This document shows positions 7,079 through 14,542 of a DNA stretch of 32,000 nucleotides, piece after piece. The translations under genes were made by a program, and so were the position numbers. How positions within the stretch are numbered: the stretch's first letter is position 1; every line of letters starts with the position of its first letter. The notes under the pieces were generated by a model that saw nothing but the letters and a program-made list of their open reading frames with translations, had not been told where the DNA came from and did not search any database. The stretch covers positions 2,160,001-2,192,000 of the forward strand of contig NZ_CP060715.1 in assembly GCF_014396165.1 (NCBI RefSeq). Reading direction: 5' to 3'. The stretch is from Erysipelothrix inopinata. Its GTDB lineage: Bacteria; Bacillota_I; Bacilli_A; Erysipelotrichales; Erysipelotrichaceae.

Positions 7079-7798
7079 ATGTCAACCTACAGATGTGGAT
7101 TTTGTAATACTATATTTAGTAAACAATTTGGTAATACCTATATTGCGCATGCGATTAATAAAGAAGAAAGTTCTTTAATTACTACGATGTTTTTTGGTAG
7201 TCCAAGTCCTGTTCCGAAGATTAAGCTTGCCTCCGAGCGAGAAAAGATGCCGGCTTGTTTATCTGTCCATTATTATATATGTCCAACATGTAATGAAATA
7301 TCGGTCGAAGTTCATACAGAAGGAAGTCTTTTTGACAGAGACGTTATTCGAATTCGGCCAAGATCTGCAGCATTACAGTTACCAGACTTCATTCCTTCTA
7401 CAATTAAAAACGACTATGAAGAGGCTTGTTTAATAGTCGATCTCAGTCCTAAGGCATCTGCGACATTGTCACGTCGTGCACTTCAGTATATGATCAGAGA
7501 TTTTTTTGATGTGAAAAACAAATCCTCATTACACCAAGAAATCTTAGCAATTAAAGATAAAATTACTGATGATGAGTTTAATGCTTTAATGTCTTTAAAA
7601 TCGATAGGTAATATAGGTGCGCACCCCGATAAAAATGATGATATAAATAAGATTTTAGATATTGATCCAGAGGAAGCATATATATTAATAAGGCTAATTG
7701 AGCATTTTATTGATTCCTGGTATATTAAGAGATTTGAACAAGAAAAATTATTAGACGACATTGTAAATTTAAGTAAAATTCGATCTACAACAAAATAA
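7079..7798 (+). CDS. Zn-ribbon + DUF4145-like domain protein (239 aa)
   Basis: The N-terminus has CGFC...CPTC pairs, suggesting a zinc ribbon. The C-terminal half (IPSTIKNDYEEACLIVDLSPKASATLSRRALQYMIRD...LKSIGNIGAHPD...DPEEAYILIRLIEHFIDSWY) matches my recollection of the DUF4145 (PF13643) pattern. GGGTG RBS 5 nt upstream. Confidence 0.75.
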   Translation: MSTYRCGFCNTIFSKQFGNTYIAHAINKEESSLITTMFFGSPSPVPKIKLASEREKMPACLSVHYYICPTCNEISVEVHTEGSLFDRDVIRIRPRSAALQLPDFIPSTIKNDYEEACLIVDLSPKASATLSRRALQYMIRDFFDVKNKSSLHQEILAIKDKITDDEFNALMSLKSIGNIGAHPDKNDDINKILDIDPEEAYILIRLIEHFIDSWYIKRFEQEKLLDDIVNLSKIRSTTK

Positions 7799-8594
7799 TT
7801 TATTGATTTTGTTTAAGATAACCTATCTCTAATTTAGTTGTATGAAACGTCATTCAACGCCTAATTTAATAGGCTAAGAATAATTTTTAATACTTTTAAT
7901 CAATTTCATCAGGAAGTTCCCTTCTTTTTCTAATTGATGAAGCTGTCTACAATCTGTGGCCTCTTTTTTACTTAATACTCGGTACATATTATAATAAGTC
8001 TTATGTCTGTATATACATTTCAGATTAGCTAGCTATACCAATGGACGTTTACATTTAAACATTTATTGAAGTTGTTCTGAAAGTGCTTCTTCGCATTGAG
8101 TTGCCACATCTTTTTTCGCGGTAACTTTCTTTTCTTCTCCAATTTGATAAAAATATGAATTTAAAATCTATCATTTATGGATTGAGGCAATAAATAGCTA
8201 AACGATAAATAGTCAGGCTATTTCCCTATATTTCTCATGACACCAAAGTACAAAATAACTACAACTCGTATTGGTTTATTTAAGATTGTATACTATCAAT
8301 AAATATATAAATTTTATAAATGATATAGCAGGTATAAATTGTTAATTGCTCAATATTAAACTGAATAATTAAAGAATATATTGTGGTTATTCATGAATAA
8401 TTACAATATGTTTTGTTACCTTCATTAATAAGAATTTGTTTATTATTATTCTTAGAACGTTTCGAAAAGTGTTTTTTAAAATTTTTATTTCAGTTGTAGA
8501 CTCGACAATCAAAGTAACCAATATTCTATATTCTTTCATGATTTTAAGTCAAGTCCTAAATCATGTGTAAAATGTATTATGTCAGCAAGTGAAT

Positions 8595-8900
8595 CTAATC
8601 AATCCACTTTTTTGTTTCGTCAGTATATTTAATATATTGCCTTAAACTTGATTCCCACTTTTCACTAATATCTATTAATATCGAGCTAATTAGTCTCATT
8701 ACTGAAGCTTCATTTGTAAACATACGAACTAGTTTATCTCTTCTTCTAATTTCCGAGTTCAATCGTTCAAGCATGTTTGTACTCTTTAGTCGAGGATAGT
8801 TTATTTCTTCAATGGCACAGTATTGAAATTCATCCTCAAATCCTTCAACAGGACACTCAGTCATTTTTGGATACAATTCAGAATATTTATCAATAATTTC
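8595..8900 (-). pseudogene. IS256/Mutator-family transposase, C-terminal remnant only
   Basis: ...YPKMTECPVEGFEDEFQYCAIEEINYPRLKSTNMLERLNSEIRRRDKLVRMFTNEASVMRLISSILIDISEKWE matches the conserved STN.lERlN.EirRR...FPn..S..RL tail of Mutator-type transposases. The N-terminal ~3/4 of the protein is absent. The first ~25 codons of the track ORF (to 8972) are not homologous. Confidence 0.7.
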
Positions 8901-8934
8901 ATTTTTTTGTTTTACGTGCAATATCAACACGCTT

Positions 8935-9234
8935 ATTTCGTAGAGAAACTTAAATAAAAAGGAATACATCAAAGTATTTCCAGAAAAGGTAATAGTATCG
9001 ATAATGGATTAATGGATAGTCTCTTTGGGGTAATGAAGTCAGAAATATATTATTGAATGGAACATGAAAATAAGAGCATTCAAGATTTAACTATCGCAAT
9101 TGATAAATATATCGAGTATTATAATAACAAAAGAATTAAATGCAAACTAAAAGGATTAACCCCTTCGCAATACAGAAATCAATCCTTTAGTTTATATGTT
9201 TAATTAAACCGTCCAAGATATTGGGGTCAGTTCA
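8935..9234 (+). pseudogene. IS3-family transposase C-terminal remnant plus right terminal repeat
   Basis: The plus frame reads FVEKLK*KGIHQSISRKGNSIDNGLMDSLFGVMKSEIYY*MEHENKSIQDLTIAIDKYIEYYNNKRIKCKLKGLTPSQYRNQSF, with two in-frame stops. It ends with TTGGGGTCAGTTCA, which resembles the right inverted repeat of the element at 3217-4350 (CTGGGGTCAC...CA). Confidence 0.7.
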
Positions 9235-9271
9235 CTATGACCTTTTTTACTTTTACACATTTATATGGGCT

Positions 9272-9655
9272 TTATCTTTTTTTAGAATAATAATTTCTTA
9301 AATAAACAATTGGGAAGATAATTATTACTGCATAGTAAAGATAATGGAATACTTCAACAAATGTATTCTTAGGATCCACAAATGATTGCAATGCACTATC
9401 AATCATGATTATAAGGAAACAAGAAATTTGGAAAATATAAGTTTTTAAACTCACTGGGTTATTCTCATCTCTATTTTCTCTGTATTCTTTTCCTGTTAAT
9501 AGCACGATCGTAATCAACGCAATGTAGTAGAACATGTGAAACAGCATAATAAAAGTATTGGTGGGATCTCCAAAACCTTGGAGTGCGCTGTCTATAATGA
9601 CTATTAGCAGCCCAAGCATTGTGCCGATAAACATTCTTTGACTTGAACCTTTCAT
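9272..9655 (-). CDS. Small 4-TM membrane protein with an internal 2+2 duplication (127 aa)
   Basis: GGAGG RBS 7 nt upstream. The two halves align: LLIVIIDSALQGFGDPTNTFIMLFHMFYYIALI and FLIIMIDSALQSFVDPKNTFVEVFHYLYYAVII. Confidence 0.6.
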   Translation of the reverse strand: MKGSSQRMFIGTMLGLLIVIIDSALQGFGDPTNTFIMLFHMFYYIALITIVLLTGKEYRENRDENNPVSLKTYIFQISCFLIIMIDSALQSFVDPKNTFVEVFHYLYYAVIIIFPIVYLRNYYSKKR

Positions 9656-9735
9656 GGACTAACCTCCTCTTAAGTATATTTAAATATCGTTTAACACTTT
9701 TCTCTTTGATTTAATCGTAAATGATTATTCTTTTA

Positions 9736-10233
9736 CTATCTATTAGGATTGACTTGAGTAAAGATAAGTTTATCCTGCATTAATCTCGATAAATATATTC
9801 CAATTTCTCCATCTTCCTTATACAGTACTTTGTAATCTTCATATGTATCACAACTTTCTGGATAAGACTCTAGTTCATCCGTTTTTAAGATACAATACTT
9901 ACCAGCACTCCCAACAACAATAACTTTTATTATTCGTTTCTCTTTACTATTTTCCACAACTACAAGAATCGGATTTACTTCTTTATTCTTTTCGGTTCGA
10001 AACCAACTTAATATGGTAGGAATGTTATCATCATAAGATTTTTCAGAAAATATCAGTATATTACCTAACTTTTGGATATTCGTTGGGATATCAAGAGATT
10101 TACTAATCTCACTTAAACTGTTCGTTATGTTTTTTTGATAAATCTCCTCTTTTCTCTTATTTTCGCTAGTACATGAGGTTAAAACAAGCATCAATATTAC
10201 TAATATCAGAAACTTTCTTTTCTCTTTTTTCAT
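9736..10233 (-). CDS. Putative lipoprotein (165 aa)
   Basis: MKKEKRKFLILVILMLVLTSC has a signal peptide and an L-T-S-C lipobox. GAAAGGAG RBS precedes the ATG at 10233. The track's upstream extension to 10299 lacks an RBS. Confidence 0.7.
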   Translation of the reverse strand: MKKEKRKFLILVILMLVLTSCTSENKRKEEIYQKNITNSLSEISKSLDIPTNIQKLGNILIFSEKSYDDNIPTILSWFRTEKNKEVNPILVVVENSKEKRIIKVIVVGSAGKYCILKTDELESYPESCDTYEDYKVLYKEDGEIGIYLSRLMQDKLIFTQVNPNR

Positions 10234-10305
10234 AGCGTATCTCCTTTCCGACTTAAAGAGTAGAATGAATCCAATCAGTTTTATTTTCTTCCTCGCCAAT
10301 ATTCC

Positions 10306-10458
10306 CTAGTTTTTATTTTGATTTATCACATCAATCTTCTTATTTAATTCAACTATAGAATCGTTGATTGAATCCAATTTCTTATTTAAATTCCGAAATG
10401 CAAACAAATTACCGATAAAAGTAGATATAACTAATATCCATACTAAATCTTTCATCAT
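10306..10458 (-). CDS. Unannotated sORF: 50-aa single-TM protein with a helical, coiled-coil-like tail
   Basis: AAAAGGAGGTG lies immediately upstream of ATGATG. Translation is MMKDLVWILVISTFIGNLFAFRNLNKKLDSINDSIVELNKKIDVINQNKN*. Too short for the supplied ORF track. Confidence 0.45.
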   Translation of the reverse strand: MMKDLVWILVISTFIGNLFAFRNLNKKLDSINDSIVELNKKIDVINQNKN

Positions 10459-10549
10459 GCACCTCCTTTTCTAAATAGGAACAGAAAAAACAGAATTCCA
10501 TCTGTATATTCTGTCAGTTATAAGCTAATGATTGCGGTAGAATCCTATT

Positions 10550-10744
10550 CTAGCGACTTTGAAATTTGGCATATTCATTTTCGTATGAGTTGCTTGCCGT
10601 CCGTCTTCGATAAGAACCACTTCTTTTATACCTTTCAACTTCAGCAAGTGTTTTAAATTCTAAATTATTGTAGTAAATGTGTTTTTTACCACTATCTGAA
10701 ACTATAATATTGGCACCACAATGATGCTTAAAAGAATGAGTCAT
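10550..10744 (-). CDS. Small basic hypothetical protein (64 aa)
   Basis: GAGGTGA RBS 5 nt before the ATG at 10744 (MTHSFKHHCGANIIV...). The RBS lies inside the longer track ORF, so the shorter start is preferred. I recognise no family. Confidence 0.45.
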   Translation of the reverse strand: MTHSFKHHCGANIIVSDSGKKHIYYNNLEFKTLAEVERYKRSGSYRRRTASNSYENEYAKFQSR

Positions 10745-10821
10745 TAGTATCACCTCATTCATAATTATAGAATATGAGTACGACAGTTAATGGCACATAC
10801 AATTAATTGTAGAAGTTGTTG

Positions 10822-11076
10822 TTATTTATGTTTCGATTGTTCTTTTTGAATTTTTTCATTTCGTACTACTAAAAAGTAATTCGCAACAGAACTTATAAAA
10901 ACAACGAGAGTGATAATGTAGATAAAGACCATCCCAGTATATGGTAGTGATTGAATAAAACTAACGGATCCATTTCCAATGCTGACATTATTACTCGATA
11001 AGGCAACGCCATGATATACGAGTGTTAGTGGAATTAATGAAAGTATTACGAGTACTGATGCTTTAAATCGATCCAT
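10822..11076 (-). CDS. Small 2-TM membrane protein, tandem paralog 1 of 3 (84 aa)
   Basis: GGGGAGG RBS. MDRFKASVLVILSLIPLTLVYHGVALS...TGMVFIYIITLVVFISSVANYFLVVRNEK aligns along its length with the ORFs at 11129 and 11521. Confidence 0.6.
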   Translation of the reverse strand: MDRFKASVLVILSLIPLTLVYHGVALSSNNVSIGNGSVSFIQSLPYTGMVFIYIITLVVFISSVANYFLVVRNEKIQKEQSKHK

Positions 11077-11128
11077 ATGATAACCTCCCCGATCCTCAGA
11101 ATTAAAAACACAGAATATTGATATTAAT

Positions 11129-11347
11129 CTATTTTGAATCTTCACTATTCTTTTTCAATTTTTCATGATATATCACCAAAAAGTAATTTGCTACCGTGCT
11201 AACAAAAATAATGATTACTACAATGTTAATAAAAACCATTCCAGTATTATTTAGCACACTTTGATTTGATAAGGCTACTCCTAATTGTACAAGCGTTAAA
11301 GGTATTAATGAGAGTATCACAAGTACTGCTGCTTTAAATCGATTCAT
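11129..11347 (-). CDS. Small 2-TM membrane protein, tandem paralog 2 of 3 (72 aa, loop deletion)
   Basis: AGGAGGA RBS. MNRFKAAVLVILSLIPLTLVQLGVALS...TGMVFINIVVIIIFVSTVANYFLVIYHEK lacks the ~10-aa (G)xVSFxxSLPY loop segment present in the other two copies. Confidence 0.6.
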   Translation of the reverse strand: MNRFKAAVLVILSLIPLTLVQLGVALSNQSVLNNTGMVFINIVVIIIFVSTVANYFLVIYHEKLKKNSEDSK

Positions 11348-11520
11348 AAGATATCCTCCTACTTCTTAAAATCAACATATAGCTTTCAACCATTAATTTA
11401 ACACCTTAAATAAACATCTAATTATTATGATGAATAACGAAAATAATGAGTCATTATTAAAAATAAATTAAATTCAGAGTAAAAGTAAATACTCGTATAT
11501 GCAAAGTAATTTTCCTATTT

Positions 11521-11769
11521 TTAATCCTTGCTTAACTTTTCTGATTTTTCCTTTTGTCCCACTATGAAGTAGTTTACTACTGAGCTTAGAAAAATTATAA
11601 TCACGATTATAAAAATAAAAACCATTCCTGTATACGGTAGTGATTCCATGAAACTAACTCTTCCTGTTTCATTAAAAACTTTTTGATCTGATAAGGCCAC
11701 ACCCAAGTGTATAAGTGTTAGTGATATCAACGATAACATTACGAGTACTGCTGCTTTAAAACGGTCCAT
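11521..11769 (-). CDS. Small 2-TM membrane protein, tandem paralog 3 of 3 (82 aa)
   Basis: GGGGAGGA RBS. MDRFKAAVLVMLSLISLTLIHLGVALS...VSFMESLPYTGMVFIFIIVIIIFLSSVVNYFIVGQKEK. Confidence 0.6.
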   Translation of the reverse strand: MDRFKAAVLVMLSLISLTLIHLGVALSDQKVFNETGRVSFMESLPYTGMVFIFIIVIIIFLSSVVNYFIVGQKEKSEKLSKD

Positions 11770-11820
11770 ATGGTATCCTCCCCGACTCTTAAAGTCAAAA
11801 TACGAACTGAATATTAGTTA

Positions 11821-11910
11821 TTAATTTGATTTGTTCATTTTCTTTAGTTCAAACAAGATTAAAATAAGTAAAACAATTTTTGTTGCATCAACAGCGATTC
11901 CTACTACCAT
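11821..11910 (-). CDS. Unannotated sORF: 29-aa hydrophobic peptide with a Lys-rich tail
   Basis: CAAAGGAGG RBS 7 nt before the ATG. Translation is MVVGIAVDATKIVLLILILFELKKMNKSN*. Co-directional with flanking small membrane protein genes. Below the track's size cut-off. Confidence 0.4.
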   Translation of the reverse strand: MVVGIAVDATKIVLLILILFELKKMNKSN

Positions 11911-11939
11911 GTAAATTCCTCCTTTGAAATTACGTAGAT

Positions 11940-12227
11940 CTAAAAATCATCATTAATTTTCTTAAAGAACTTATAGCTTTTCCAAACACAATATACAAGT
12001 GTTAAGGTTATTCCAATTATACCAAATATAATTTTGATTTGATTATTATTTGCCAAACCGGATTGAAACCCTTCATAGAAGCCTAATAAAAGCAGTACTA
12101 AAAATATGCATTTCGATAAAAACAATGCAAACTTAAAAGTGTTTTGGGTATCGCCTTGTTGGCTCCCATCAAAGAGTAAAAATAATGTTGCAAAGAGAAA
12201 GGTCAGTATTCCGAGTAAGAAGTTCAT
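11940..12227 (-). CDS. Small membrane protein (95 aa), distantly related to the repeat unit of the 9272-9655 protein
   Basis: GAGGAGGA RBS. LLFDGSQQGDTQNTFKFALFL resembles IIDSALQGFGDPTNTFIMLFH, a shared D..xQG..D..NTF motif after TM1. Confidence 0.55.
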   Translation of the reverse strand: MNFLLGILTFLFATLFLLFDGSQQGDTQNTFKFALFLSKCIFLVLLLLGFYEGFQSGLANNNQIKIIFGIIGITLTLVYCVWKSYKFFKKINDDF

Positions 12228-12250
12228 ATGATATCCTCCTCATAGAATAA

Positions 12251-12451
12251 TTAATAGTAACTTCTTTTTTCTTTCTTAAGGAAATATTTATTTAAGAATT
12301 TTTCGACATATACGGTTCCAAACCCTAGCATTGCACCCGAAATTAGAGGTCCAAAAACATGATGATCAATTCTAATATTAAGGAATTTCACTAAGATAAG
12401 ATAGATTATAGTAACAATTAAGAGTGATAATAACCATGTGTATTTTTTCAT
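12251..12451 (-). CDS. Small 2-TM membrane protein (66 aa)
   Basis: AAAGGAGG RBS. MKKYTWLLSLLIVTIIYLILV...GPLISGAMLGFGTVYV. Confidence 0.55.
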   Translation of the reverse strand: MKKYTWLLSLLIVTIIYLILVKFLNIRIDHHVFGPLISGAMLGFGTVYVEKFLNKYFLKKEKRSYY

Positions 12452-12546
12452 TTTGAAAGCCTCCTTTTCTAAATTATACCATGAGGCATCCCATGATTTT
12501 ATAGGCTCGTGAATCTTTCAACAAACATTCACATTATCCTTACCAT

Positions 12547-12577
12547 AAAAAAACTCCGAAAATATTATTCGGAGTTT
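12547..12577 (-). terminator. Rho-independent terminator of the alpha-glucoside operon
   Basis: The minus strand reads AAACTCCGAA-taatattt-TTCGGAGTTT followed by TTTTTTT, starting 8 nt after the glvA-like stop codon. Confidence 0.8.
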
Positions 12578-12584
12578 GTATATT

Positions 12585-13946
<1,362 letters not shown>

Positions 13947-14027
13947 TCAAGAATGAAATATGATTACTAGGCAATTGGGTTTCTTAGGTATAAGCTCTCA
14001 ATGTCGGGTATTGTCCCATTTTTCGGA

Positions 14028-14540
14028 TTAAAGTCCAACACGCTTTGCAACAACGAATATAAGTATTGAAACAAGTAGCATTACAAGGCTTGGAATACAT
14101 TGCTTAAGAAGATCTCTCTTAGGAGTTTCTTTAAGTTCCTGCCATTTCAAAGTAACTTTATTTGAGAATGCAAAGATTAACGCCACTATCAGAGCTGCGA
14201 AATAAACTTGGCCTAGTAATAATAATGAAGCAATGAGTAGAAATAAGCTTAACATTACGGCCCAATCATTCACGACTGACTGTGTATAATAGTCCATCTT
14301 GTAAAGTATGTATGCCATAAATGGTAAACAACATAAGCGCATAAGTGAGATTAAGATAACAGGGTGCGTCTCAATTATTGTCTGAAAATCAAGTCCTTTT
14401 AGATCTGGATTCATCTTCACCATAAATATTAATAAAAAAGGTGCACTCATAAAGAGTATTTGTGTTACGACACGTACTCGTTCTAAGAGTTTATTCTTTG
14501 GTCTCACCTTGACTGTTTTTCTTCCCATTGCAATCTCCAT
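14028..14540 (-). CDS. Polytopic membrane protein of unknown function embedded in the alpha-glucoside operon (~166-170 aa)
   Basis: The ORF begins 2 nt after the EIICB stop. It has 4-5 hydrophobic segments and no recognised family. The start is ambiguous: ATG 14540, or ATG 14528 preceded by GGAG. Confidence 0.6.
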   Translation of the reverse strand: MEIAMGRKTVKVRPKNKLLERVRVVTQILFMSAPFLLIFMVKMNPDLKGLDFQTIIETHPVILISLMRLCCLPFMAYILYKMDYYTQSVVNDWAVMLSLFLLIASLLLLGQVYFAALIVALIFAFSNKVTLKWQELKETPKRDLLKQCIPSLVMLLVSILIFVVAKRVGL

Positions 14541-14542
14541 TC

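Noticed and set aside
7194-7761. ORFs 7194-7433 (+) and 7483-7761 (-) overlapping the DUF4145 gene
   Set aside because: They are alternative-frame and antisense ORFs within a CDS that has recognisable domain motifs. They have no independent support.
8901-8972. The first ~25 codons of the 125-aa track ORF (MMYSFLFKFLYEISVLILHVKQKN), treated as part of an intact gene
   Set aside because: This part has no transposase homology and overlaps, on the other strand, the IS3-family remnant. The ORF is a fortuitous extension of an IS256-family fragment, not an intact gene.
2830-12546. The islet as a prophage, ICE or CRISPR-Cas locus
   Set aside because: I found no integrase, capsid, tail, terminase or conjugation genes, no cas genes, and no regularly spaced direct repeats on either strand.
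13987-14000. cre-like sequence (minus strand TGAGAGCTTATACC) between the membrane protein gene and glvA
   Set aside because: It has three mismatches at conserved positions of the cre consensus, including the central CG, and there is no promoter nearby.
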